Positions 1 to 9,600 of a stretch of DNA of 53,350 nucleotides are shown in pieces. The stretch's first letter is position 1. Each line of letters opens with the position of its first letter. The DNA lies in assembly GCA_041571435.1 (NCBI GenBank), contig JBFFUI010000011.1:1-53350 (forward strand). The letters are read 5' to 3'. The notes under the pieces are model-generated. The model was not told the DNA's origin. It did not search any database and was given only the letters and a program-made list of their open reading frames with translations. The position numbers and the translations under genes were made by a program. The DNA comes from Sulfurimonadaceae bacterium. GTDB lineage: Bacteria; Campylobacterota; Campylobacteria; Campylobacterales; Sulfurimonadaceae.

Positions 1-4
1 ATTT

Positions 5-24
5 AGTGTTAGCTGTGTGTAAGC
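5..24 (-). promoter_or_regulatory. Direct-repeat operator GCTTACAC-N4-CTAACACT, probably for a minus-strand gene just outside the window
   Basis: agtgttagctgtgtgtaagc matches agtgttagtgcagtgtaagc at 1705-1724 in 16 of 20 positions; only the 4-nt spacer differs. Confidence 0.55.
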
Positions 25-145
25 GCGAAAAGATATACGAAAGTAATGCATCAACAGGCTATCTTATTGTTTGATAGGTCACAATACTGCAAATGCGTAG
101 AGAAGAGGGCGGTAGTGGGCTGACCTCTTTACAAAGGTCATAACC

Positions 146-703
146 ATGCCAAGTCGTTTAAAGATCATACAGCTGCATATGCTGTTTGCCAGTTTTGTGT
201 TGCCTGCCGTACTGCTCTATATACTCAGCTGAGCGCTCTATACTTTGGATGTTAAGGGCAGTGTCGCCAAGCAGACGTTTACGGTGGCGCTGGAAAAACC
301 GTTTGAGCCTGACCTTGAGCTGCTGTCAGGGGCAGTGAAAAAGACGCTTGCAGAGAAAGCGCTTGTCCTTCCTGACGGCGATCCGTCTCTTAAAAAGTCA
401 AAGGGCGGCTATAAGTTCCTCTTGAACAGTCTGCGCTACTCTGTGACGGTGGTAGCCAAGAAGGGCGAGCCTTCGGTAGAGCTCACCTATAGAGAGCGAA
501 GCGTGCTTACGCAGGTCATGCGCATACATCGTGCTGAGGCCGGTACGATGTTCAAAGTTGTCTCCATAATGGCAGTGGCGGGGTTGATGCTGGTCTTTGC
601 GTCGGGGTTGTACATGGCCTACACAATGCCTAAGTTTCGTAGACCTAGTCTCATCGCGACCGGCTTGGGTGTGTTGCTGCTTTTAGTTGTTGCAATTGCG
701 TAG
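146..703 (+). pseudogene. PepSY-associated TM-helix-like membrane protein interrupted by an in-frame TGA at 230-232
   Basis: ATG at 146 after AAGG is in frame with ORF 245..703. It reads MPSRLKIIQLHMLFASFVLPAVLLYILS*ALYTLDVKG, and the C-terminal part has a 'MRIHRA...SGLYM' pattern plus TM helices typical of PepSY_TM proteins. Confidence 0.7.
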
Positions 704-778
704 AAGGAATGTATACGTTGAACAGAGTGCCTACACCACATTGATGCAGATAGTGTGGCCCGGCGAAAAAGAGTAACT

Positions 779-1366
779 CTATTTTGTTCTGTGGTGATGT
801 TCTGGTTTGTTTGTGTAAAAATGCAGTGCGGCGTCAGCGATGCGTTCGTACATCTTTATCTTGTTGCGGTACGGTATCCAGTCGATGAGGAAGGTGGCGG
901 TGGCTTCCCAAAAAGAGACCCATCCGGCGACGATAAGCCCTTCGGCAAAGACTTTTTGCAAGACGGTCATATGTGTTTCGTAGAGGGTGTTGACCCAGAT
1001 CGACGCGGTGATGAAGGCGAGGCCGATCAAAAAGAGGTAGAAAGACTTGCGCGCCATGCTTTTAAGTTGGTCTATCTTTAGCTCTTTGAGATAGCGGAAA
1101 TAGTTGCTGACACTGCGCTGGAGCCTGGAGGTGAGTTCCGGTTCGATCGGGGTGTTGAGACGAAAGCGGATGATGAACGGTTCATCCCCGATCTCCTTGA
1201 CCGAGTCGATAATATAGTCAACAAGGTTCTGGTCAAGCTCTTTTTTGACGTAAGGGGCGTATTTGTCAAAATCGTTGTAGAGGTCTTCGAGCTTTGTCGC
1301 ACTGATGTCGATGATGATGTCGCCGTTGTCACTGTGGGCATAGCGTTCCGAAATCTCTTTTGTCAT
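779..1366 (-). CDS. Hypothetical membrane protein (soluble N-domain, 2 C-terminal TM helices)
   Basis: 195-aa ORF with protein-like composition and two hydrophobic segments; TGcTAAAAT -10 upstream. Confidence 0.8.
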   Translation of the reverse strand: MTKEISERYAHSDNGDIIIDISATKLEDLYNDFDKYAPYVKKELDQNLVDYIIDSVKEIGDEPFIIRFRLNTPIEPELTSRLQRSVSNYFRYLKELKIDQLKSMARKSFYLFLIGLAFITASIWVNTLYETHMTVLQKVFAEGLIVAGWVSFWEATATFLIDWIPYRNKIKMYERIADAALHFYTNKPEHHHRTK

Positions 1367-1462
1367 GGATGGTCAGCTTTTTTTGATTATTTTAGCACAG
1401 GAAATCGGATTATTGACGTTATAGAGTAGATAAATGTGGTCTGGATGTTGAAAGTCTATGTT

Positions 1463-1496
1463 GAAAGAGAAGTGATGCTCTCTTGCGAAAGCATCA
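1463..1496 (-). terminator. Intrinsic terminator downstream of the 44-aa peptide gene
   Basis: Minus strand TGATGCTTTC-GCAA-GAGAGCATCA (10-bp stem with one G-U, GNRA loop) followed by CTTCTCTTT. Confidence 0.7.
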
Positions 1497-1530
1497 TCTA
1501 TTAGGAAAATTGAATCTAAAAAATGTAGGT

Positions 1531-1665
1531 TTAGAAAACCATATCTAAATGCGGAGAGTCCTCCGGGATGTAGATACCTGCGTCCTCATAAGCTGCCATG
1601 TGGTGAGCGAATGCGCTAGATGCCAATGCTCCGGCAATAAATAGTGTTGTAATGAACTTTTTCAT
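1531..1665 (-). CDS. Small secreted His/Met/acidic peptide, 44 aa (not in ORF track)
   Basis: MKKFITTLFIAGALASSAFA|HHMAAYEDAGIYIPEDSPHLDMVF*. RBS AAGGA 6 nt upstream, Sec signal with an A-F-A cleavage site, CATAAT -10, and a terminator downstream. Confidence 0.85.
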   Translation of the reverse strand: MKKFITTLFIAGALASSAFAHHMAAYEDAGIYIPEDSPHLDMVF

Positions 1666-1691
1666 GTTGTTTCCTTTTTTTTGGATGCGGT

Positions 1692-1724
1692 ATTATGACG
1701 CTAAAGTGTTAGTGCAGTGTAAGC
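1692..1724 (-). promoter_or_regulatory. Promoter with TTACA-N6-TAAC direct repeat 10 nt upstream of -10 CATAAT
   Basis: Minus strand reads gcTTACActgcacTAACactttagcgtCATAAT. Confidence 0.65.
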
Positions 1725-1984
1725 AGATAGGGAAACCTTGGCAGGCGTCAGATGGTGTCAGGATCGCCCTCGATTAGCCTAGAGCTTCTTGATGCCAAAG
1801 CACCTCTCTGTAGTCTTTGGTCTTAAAGATGTTGTCCGAGTGGGACTGTCTCTATTGCTCTCTCATGGTGTCAACTCCGATTGTGTTTATAACAATAGCT
1901 TAGCCTTGAAAAAAAGTCTATACGTCATATCATGCACCCTATATAAGTTAAACCGTATACAATTACGCTATTAAAACCAATATA

Positions 1985-2344
1985 ATGACCACAAGGATAC
2001 CCATCAAACCCAAAGCCACTAACAACAAAGCAGCGAACAAGAAAAAAGGTGGCCTCTCACCGCAGGAACTAAAACGAAGAGCGTCTAAAAAGAACGCGTT
2101 GGAGACTCTCTACAGAGAAGAGGTCAAGGAGATGTTCGTCAAATGGTTTGCAAGACAGAATGCGGTAGCAGGGCATGTCATGACGAAGACGGATGTGCTG
2201 AAGAACATCATAAAAAATCTGGATAAAAAACAGGATGACGTTCTGGAGAGTGCGATGAATGAGTTGATCTCGAGCGGCTTTATGACGACGCTCGAAGACG
2301 GTTTTTCACTGATGCTGACCGAAAAAGGGGCCGAGAGCCTTTAA
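1985..2344 (+). CDS. Hypothetical protein with Lys-rich N-terminus and probable winged-helix C-terminus
   Basis: 119 aa; basic tail and a C-terminal 'ELISSGFM...LMLTEKG' wing-like motif. Confidence 0.75.
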   Translation: MTTRIPIKPKATNNKAANKKKGGLSPQELKRRASKKNALETLYREEVKEMFVKWFARQNAVAGHVMTKTDVLKNIIKNLDKKQDDVLESAMNELISSGFMTTLEDGFSLMLTEKGAESL

Positions 2345-2397
2345 CAACTCGGCGGTTCATAAAAAGGGTTATGCAGCGCGTAATGACCCTGCAGGTA

Positions 2398-2676
2398 TTA
2401 CAGCAGTTTTTTGCACTCTGGGTGTCTTTCGACGTAGGCGACGATATAAGAACATCCCGGCTTCATCTTGCAGTTGCGTTTCTCAATGTCCTCCATCACG
2501 TCCTTGACCAGCGCTCCCGCGATCCCTCTGCCGCCAAGCTCTTTGGGTACGAAGGTGTTGGTCAGGTTCAGGACCCCGTCTTCCTCTTGATAGACGACAC
2601 GGGCCAGGTGCCCTTCGATGTGGTATTCGTATTGGCATGCCTCTTCATTGTGTATCAGTTCGTAGTTGTGTTCCAT
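2398..2676 (-). CDS. GNAT-family N-acetyltransferase (YjdJ-like)
   Basis: Motifs TFVPKELGGRGIAGALV and PGCSYI; RBS AAGGA. Confidence 0.9.
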   Translation of the reverse strand: MEHNYELIHNEEACQYEYHIEGHLARVVYQEEDGVLNLTNTFVPKELGGRGIAGALVKDVMEDIEKRNCKMKPGCSYIVAYVERHPECKKLL

Positions 2677-2701
2677 ATGTCGTGTTCCTTTCTTGTGTTG
2701 T

Positions 2702-3070
2702 TTACAGATCGAGTGCGTATTTTTTCAGTGTTTCAAGGTCGATAAGCTGCAGTATCGCCTGATGGGTCGAGTGGATGAAGATACCCGGCGCCTTGCCGTC
2801 TTTGACGGCCTGGACAAAACGTGGGCCAGAGAGGCACCAGCTCTGTCCGGGTTTGACACCGGCAAAGTTGTACCGGGGCATCGGCGTAGAGAGGTCGTTC
2901 CCGACCGATTTGGAGTACTCCAGGAACGCCTCAGTCGCATAGATGCAGACAGCGTGTACGCCGGGATTGTCCGGACCTGTCTGACACAAGCCGTCACGGT
3001 AAAACCCTGTCAGCGGTTTGGTGCTGCAGGGCTCAAGCGGGCCGCCGAGAGCGTTGATGGGTTCATACAT
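2702..3070 (-). CDS. DUF2237 family protein
   Basis: Motifs NALGGPLEPCS, TGFYRDG, GNDLSTP, PGQSWCL. Confidence 0.9.
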   Translation of the reverse strand: MYEPINALGGPLEPCSTKPLTGFYRDGLCQTGPDNPGVHAVCIYATEAFLEYSKSVGNDLSTPMPRYNFAGVKPGQSWCLSGPRFVQAVKDGKAPGIFIHSTHQAILQLIDLETLKKYALDL

Positions 3071-3175
3071 CGATAGACCTTTAAAATAGTTGCCTGATTG
3101 TAGCAGAGCAATTTTGGATTTTGAGGCGGTATTTGAATCCTTCTGCGCTTTTTAATCTTTGGCTTAGTTTTACAT

Positions 3176-3943
3176 TCAGCGTTCAAAGAGCAGATCGGTA
3201 CGGATGATGTACTTGACCCCAGAGAGCACTTCTTGCGAACTGTGAAGGCAGTGCAGCGGATGCGTTCCGTGCGGAAAACAGAGCACGCTGCCTGCAGGCG
3301 TCCTGACGTCGACAAGTTCTATCTCCTCGTTGCGTTTGGCGGGTCTGGTCGGATCATTTTTGTCGACAAAGAACTGTGTGGCTCCGCCGGTGAAATCGTC
3401 GTTCAAAAGGAGAAGAAAGGTCATCAGACTGTATCTGTCCGGGTAGGCGTTTTGAACAATTTTTTTATTGATTATGCTGCTTCCCGGCCAGGCACCGTCC
3501 GTGTGGGGCCTGAAATAGTCGCCCTGAGCGTATTTGTAGAATCGGAAACGCTGGTTGATGCCCAAAGGCTTTTTACCGCCGAAAATACCGGCAGAATCAT
3601 GCAGAAACGGTCTGCACCGCTCCCAGATGACCTTGTGTGTCGCGTCATCGACTATCCAAACAAGGTTCTCGTTGTGACGCACGCTTCTTGGCAGTGAGAC
3701 GGATGCATCTTCACTGTAACCCATTGCCTCGGATGCGGCTACAAAACGCTTGCACTCCTCCTGCGTAAAGAGATCGAAAAGCTGAAATGCACCGGGCACG
3801 GTGTCGACTTTGACACGTCTTGTCGTTAAAGGTGTCGTCTCATCCAGTGCCAGCGGATTCTCTGTCTCGTTTGCCCATGTCGGAACGGGCGTGTTCTCGG
3901 CACCGGCTTCGTAAGCGGCGATATAAAAATTGTTCGTGTTCAT
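3176..3943 (-). CDS. 2OG-Fe(II) oxygenase (prolyl-4-hydroxylase-like)
   Basis: RFYKY..GDYFRPHTD (HxD), LNDDFTGGAT, distal His (LHS) and KYIIRTD. Start moved to ATG 3943. Confidence 0.88.
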   Translation of the reverse strand: MNTNNFYIAAYEAGAENTPVPTWANETENPLALDETTPLTTRRVKVDTVPGAFQLFDLFTQEECKRFVAASEAMGYSEDASVSLPRSVRHNENLVWIVDDATHKVIWERCRPFLHDSAGIFGGKKPLGINQRFRFYKYAQGDYFRPHTDGAWPGSSIINKKIVQNAYPDRYSLMTFLLLLNDDFTGGATQFFVDKNDPTRPAKRNEEIELVDVRTPAGSVLCFPHGTHPLHCLHSSQEVLSGVKYIIRTDLLFER

Positions 3944-4037
3944 GGCAGAATAGTACCAAAATATCTTATTACAGAAAAAGGCGTACGGCAAACTGTTTGT
4001 CATAGTGCTGATATCTCTCTCTTGCCATTATCAATCA

Positions 4038-4063
4038 ACAAACCTCTATATTTAGGGCTTTAC
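4038..4063. repeat. Imperfect palindrome, copy 1 of a dispersed family
   Basis: acaaacctctatatttagggctttac shares the exact core CTATATTTAGG with 43606-43633. Confidence 0.55.
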
Positions 4064-4274
4064 TTTTTAAGAAATATCTTGCTGTGCCCAAAAGCAAGGG
4101 TTTTTCTGAACAAGCATAAAGAAACCCTATACTATTTATGAAATCTAGCAGCTAATGTGTAGAATCAGGTAAGCACTAAAAAGAAAGAGGAAAACTTCAT
4201 TTGATTTAGATACACTCAATAAACATAAAGAATATGAAGTTGTGATGTATCTGTTAAAAAAGGGAATTGAGATA

Positions 4275-4595
4275 ATGTTAGGACAAAAAAATCTACAATG
4301 GTTACTTGCCTTCATAGGTACTTTTTTCTTGATTCGTGTCTTTTATTATACAGATCCATCATTTTTGTCGTATGAAGGGCACAATGTAATTGTTTGGACA
4401 TTGGAAAATGTGATAGTTCTTCCTATTCTATTTTGGGTTGTACTTGCTGCAAATCATAAGTTATATGATCTATGGTTTGGTGAAAGTAGAATCAAGAATC
4501 TAATAAAGTATGATGTCTTTCAAAAAATAGTTTCTTTGTATCTCTTATTTATTACTTTGGGAATAATATATGGCAATTTAAAATGGATAGATTGA
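4275..4595 (+). CDS. Hypothetical AT-rich membrane protein (about 3 TM)
   Basis: ATG after AAGGGA; hydrophobic helices; much lower GC than its flanks. Confidence 0.7.
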   Translation: MLGQKNLQWLLAFIGTFFLIRVFYYTDPSFLSYEGHNVIVWTLENVIVLPILFWVVLAANHKLYDLWFGESRIKNLIKYDVFQKIVSLYLLFITLGIIYGNLKWID

Positions 4596-4741
4596 ATAAC
4601 GAAGATTACTTAAGATTATCGAAGAAGAATGTGTAGTCAATTAGATATTTCAAGAAGTTATGGACAGGACATGACAATAGATATTTTAAGTACAAGGTAT
4701 ACCATTCAATACGGTAACAGGTGTAGTAGTTGGAGCTGGAT

Positions 4742-5281
4742 ATGAAGCAGGTAAGTAAAACCACTGCAATAATAATTTTGTTATTAGTATGCTTGCTTTT
4801 CATATTAAAACAATTAGGCTACCCAGTGACATGGTATGCACTAAACGTTGTTTACAATATGAAAAATTTAAATGTAATCGAAACAACAGAATATAAACTA
4901 CATTTACCTAAACATTTATGGCGAATCAACCATAGAACCAACTATACGTATGTCCTAGACGGAATATCAAGTGGCCGAGAGTTTTTAAGTGCTTCTATCG
5001 AAGAAAATACATCCGACTATACATTGTTGAACTTACAAGCATCTTGTAATGGTAAAAGTATGGTAAATACTCAACAATTAAATCTATATGATATATATGA
5101 TATTACATGTGACAATGAGCATAGTATGGGATTGCAACCGTACAGAATATATTGGGTTCCAAATCAAGTTTTTGTTTTTATGTATGATTACAATAAAACA
5201 AACAAACGTGTATATGACTCATTGATAGAAAACATTTTTTTGAAAAAAACTTCATCATATGCAACTGTAAAAAATATATAA
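4742..5281 (+). CDS. Hypothetical AT-rich protein with N-terminal membrane anchor
   Basis: GGAG RBS, N-terminal hydrophobic helix, two Cys in the soluble domain, low GC. Confidence 0.7.
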   Translation: MKQVSKTTAIIILLLVCLLFILKQLGYPVTWYALNVVYNMKNLNVIETTEYKLHLPKHLWRINHRTNYTYVLDGISSGREFLSASIEENTSDYTLLNLQASCNGKSMVNTQQLNLYDIYDITCDNEHSMGLQPYRIYWVPNQVFVFMYDYNKTNKRVYDSLIENIFLKKTSSYATVKNI

Positions 5282-5307
5282 ATTAAAGTGTTTCAAAAAA
5301 ACCATTC

Positions 5308-5339
5308 CTCATTCTAACGTTTCACGTAGGAATGTCTAC
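5308..5339 (-). repeat. Degenerate GTAG-type REP-like palindrome
   Basis: Minus strand GTAG-A-CATTCCTACG-TGAAA-CGTTAGAATG-AG. Confidence 0.5.
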
Positions 5340-5377
5340 GAGGTTTAAATATAGAATTACTCACTGCAATTACTTTG

Positions 5378-5408
5378 GCCTTCTGATATTATGGAAGGCT
5401 TTTTATTT
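5378..5408 (+). terminator. Intrinsic terminator
   Basis: GCCTTC-N10-GAAGGC followed by TTTTTATTT. Confidence 0.65.
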
Positions 5409-5493
5409 GGCATGGGGGGAGTGTAACAGTGCATTGTGCAGTGATTGCGGGTTATAGGTTATAATGTTGTAAATAAATAAAGGTTTTGCACGC

Positions 5494-6408
5494 ATGTCAA
5501 AATACCCTACGATGTTAGAACAATTTCGCTCATTCTGTTTCCAAAACAACGCCACCGATGTTGAGAAGGCGGTTGAGTACTTTGCTGTTTTCGGCGGAAT
5601 GGGGTGGAGTGTTGATATGTCCAGACCCTTGCGAGAGCTGATCGAAGAGAAAGTACTGAAGAACTACCGCTATATCCACGGCGATATCGCGAAGATCACC
5701 CAGAGTGACAAGACGCACCATGCGCTTCTAAGCGCTCTTGCCAGCGGTGACAGACGGGAACATGCCGCGTTTAAAAGGGCCGATCTCTCCCGCCAGGAGG
5801 GTGAAACCTCGATCGATTTTCTGGTCGAAAACGGTCTTCTGATCCGCGAGCGGTCACAGACTCAGCCGGTCGACGAGCGCGAAGAGGTCTCGGACAGACT
5901 ACTTTTTACACTCCCTTTTTTACGTTTCTGGTTCTCCACTATCTCCCCTTTTTACAAAGGGATCAGAGACGGTGACTATACCGAGGTCAACGCCCGTCTT
6001 GACAACATGGCTCATGACTTTTCGGACCATATCCATCACCAGCTGGTGATGGAGCTTGTCAAAAAGAGCTTTAAAGAGGACCCTGTAGAGAAGGTCGGTT
6101 CATACTGGGATAAAAAAGTGGAGATCGATATTTTAGGAAAGACCAAATCGGGCAAGATCCTTGCCGGAGCCTGCAAGTATTCCAAGGCAAAGGCCAAAAA
6201 GAGCGAATTGACCAAGCTCAAAGAGAGCTGTGCTCAGGCCGAGCTCGAGCCAGATATTTACGTAATCTTCTCAAAAAGCGGTTTTTCAAACGAACTGAAA
6301 AAAGAGAAGGGTGCCGATCTCAGACTCTTTACGTTAAAAAGTCTCAAAAGCCTTATGGAAGAGCTTTCGCAAGCAGATCTGCTTGTCAATACGAATAAAA
6401 AGTATTAA
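5494..6408 (+). CDS. DUF234 domain protein (PD-(D/E)XK-like C-terminus)
   Basis: Motifs PFLRFWF, GSYWD...EIDI, CKY, IFSKSGFS; lacks an N-terminal P-loop. Confidence 0.85.
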   Translation: MSKYPTMLEQFRSFCFQNNATDVEKAVEYFAVFGGMGWSVDMSRPLRELIEEKVLKNYRYIHGDIAKITQSDKTHHALLSALASGDRREHAAFKRADLSRQEGETSIDFLVENGLLIRERSQTQPVDEREEVSDRLLFTLPFLRFWFSTISPFYKGIRDGDYTEVNARLDNMAHDFSDHIHHQLVMELVKKSFKEDPVEKVGSYWDKKVEIDILGKTKSGKILAGACKYSKAKAKKSELTKLKESCAQAELEPDIYVIFSKSGFSNELKKEKGADLRLFTLKSLKSLMEELSQADLLVNTNKKY

Positions 6409-6603
6409 ACTCTTCACGATATTTTCTATCCGCTGGTCAGCTCTCTTCTGATGCAGCTTTCTCTTCAAGGCGGTTCTGTCTGCCACATCTTACCTGCAAC
6501 CCTTTAAAACAAAACCTGTAGCTGTATGTTTTTATTTGATAGATTTTAAGATACAATGGATGTTTAGTTAGTTTCGAATCGTATTCGAGAGGAGGTTTTT
6601 ACG

Positions 6604-9600
6604 GTGAAAACATTTAACACGTATTACGATAAAGCAGATGAATTTTCACACTATATTGAGACACATGGTCTTATAGACAATGACAAACTTCTTGTTCAGA
6701 TCTTCACGGGATTGACGGACAAAAAAGAGATAGAACATCTGCTTAAAGAGATAACGTTGCTTCTGCCTAGTGCTGCCGTTATTGGCACGACAACGGATGG
6801 CGAGATATGTTCGGGGAAGGTCAGTACGGCCAAGACGGTTGTCTCATTGACGCAGTTTGAAAACACGACACTCCGAGTCGCTTTTCTTGAAAACTGTGAA
6901 GAGAGCCAGAAGGCCGGCCGGGCAATGGCTACTGAACTGATAATCCCGACGACAAAGCTCATCATCTCATTTACAGATGGTCTAAACTGCAATGGTGACG
7001 AGTATCTTAGCGGTATGACTTCGGTCAACAAAGAGGTCATCATCGCTGGCGGTATGGCAGGGGACAGTGCTGCTTTTGATACCACCTATGTCTTTTGTAA
7101 TACAAAGGTCTCTGCCAAGGGTGCTGTCGGTGTCGCACTGTGCAGTAGTGAACTCTACATCCATACCAACTACAGTTTCAATTGGCTGACAATCGGCAAA
7201 CATATGACGATCACCAAGGCTGAAAGCAACAGGGTCTATACGATAGATGACCTTTCGGCGACAGCGCTTTATCAAAAGTATCTTGGCAAAGAGCTCGCGG
7301 ACAACCTGCCTACTGTCGGGGTGGAATTCCCGTTGATCATTCAGACAGAGAATGGACCTGTTGCCCGTGCAGTGGTCGCAAAACATGATGACGGTTCGCT
7401 CTCGTTTGGCGGCAAGTTTACCACCGGTGATATTGTGAACTTTGGTTATGGTGATGCAAAGATGATCCTGGAACGCTCTGTTGAAGCCCAATATGACATG
7501 GCAGATCATCCTGTAGAATCGATCTTTATCTACTCCTGTATGGCCAGGCGACGGTTTATGCCCGATCTTATTGAAAGTGAGATCACGCCGTTTCAAGAGC
7601 TTGCCGATGTCGCCGGATTCTTTACCTATGGGGAGTTTTTTTCCTATCCGACAAAAAAAGAGTTGTTAAACCAGTCAATGACGGTACTCGCCATTAGTGA
7701 ATCCAATGATGCTTTTAAAACGATCGTTAAAAAGGACGAAAAGAGCACACAGGGGATAGATGCACAAAAGTCTATCAAAGCATTTGCCAACCTGCTGAAT
7801 GTGACAACACAAGAGTTGGCAGACGAGAACCAGTGGCTTGAAGAGAGAACAGCGATAATCCAGGCTAAAACAGAATCCATGAGTCAGGCTCAGGAGGTAG
7901 GCCACTTTGGGAGCTGGGAGATCGATCTCATTACTAAAGAGTCGGTCTGGTCACCGGAGAGTTACCGAATCTATAAACTGGATCCAGCGACCACAAAGCC
8001 TACGTTGGACTTGTTCTTATCTTTGATCGTCGAGGAAGACAGGGCCAAGGCAGCAAAGGCCATTGAGTCGGCTTACGATGGCAAGATAAAAAGTGTTGAA
8101 CTGCATGTCAGAAGAAGCGACGGGGTGATCATTACCGTTTTGTTAAACGGGAAGATCCTGTTTAATGAGAACGGTGATGCGGTCAAGATGATCGGTACGA
8201 CGCTCGATATCACCGAACAGGTCAAACTAAGAGAGGAAAATGAAGAGCTGGCGGCCATTATCGAACACTCTTCCAATGAGGTCTACATCGTTCAGGTGGA
8301 GACCTATCGGTACCTCTATGTCAACAATGAAGCACTGCAGAAACTGGGGTACTCTCGTGAAGAGATGTATTCCATGAATATGCTGGACATCAACAAGGAG
8401 ATGACACTTGAACAGACGCGGGGCCTGGAGAAGAAACTGATAGAGCAGGGGTCGATTTTCAACCGGACGGTACATACGAAAAAAGATGGCACCAAATACC
8501 CTGTACAGTCTTATGTCCAATACCGCAAATACAACAACCATGACGTAGCGATAATCTTGGATATCGATATTACCGAGCTGGTGGCGGCTGAATTAAAACA
8601 GAAACGACAGGCACAGATTCTTGAACAGATCCACGACTCGGTTGTATCAACCGATACAGAAGGGCTTATTACGCATTGGAATCACGGTGCGTCAATTATT
8701 TACGGTTATTCCGCAAATGAGGCGATTGGCTGTTCAAATGAGATGTTATACCCTGAAGAAGATCACGCAAAAATAAGATGGATACGTCAGCAGGCCTTGT
8801 CTCACGGTGTCTTTAATGAACAGTTGCGGAGTGTTACCAAGTCGGGGCAGACGATCTATATAGATATGACTGTCTCGACTCTGAAAGATGAAACCGGTAC
8901 TGTTATCGGTATCACCTGTTATGCCCAGGATATAACCCAAAGAAAAGAGATCGAAGAGAAACTCCGGGAGAAGACGCAACTTCTCAATTTCCAGGCCTAT
9001 CATGACTCCTTGACACAGCTGCCGAACAGGGCACTTTTCGATGACAGACTTCAACAGTCTATCGCCAATGCCCATCGCCATAATGAACAGTTTGGACTAC
9101 TTTTCATTGATCTGGACAACTTTAAACGGATCAATGACACACTGGGCCATCATATCGGTGATGGAGTCTTGAAGGTGATTGCACAGAGGCTTTTGTTATG
9201 CATTAGAGAAGATGACACGCTGTCTCGTCTCGGCGGTGACGAATTTACGTTAATTGTCCAGAACTTACGGACATCCGAATCAGCGGCAAGGGTCGCCGAG
9301 ACCATTATTGACGCATTAAAGCCGAAAATAGTCATAGACGAGCATGAACTGCATATCTCTGCCAGTATCGGTATCAGTCTCTATCCCAAAGATTCAATTC
9401 TGAAAAACGACCTGCTTAAGTATGCCGATAGTGCAATGTACACGGCCAAAGATATGGGACGCAACAACTTCCAGTTCTATTCTGCTGAGATGACGCAATT
9501 GGTGTTTGAAAAAGCTGCCATGGAGTCGAGCCTGCATCGGGCGATAGAAGAGGAACAGTTTGTTATCTATTATCAACCCCAAATCGATGCACGAAATAAC

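Noticed and set aside
230-280. Selenocysteine or genetic-code-25 reading of the in-frame TGA
   Set aside because: The position corresponds to Gly in a TM helix rather than Cys, no convincing SECIS hairpin follows, and TGA is a normal stop in several genes in this window.
6409-6510. Coding-like minus-strand frames downstream of the DUF234 gene
   Set aside because: Two frames are equally plausible, one overlaps the convergent gene, and neither has a recognisable motif.
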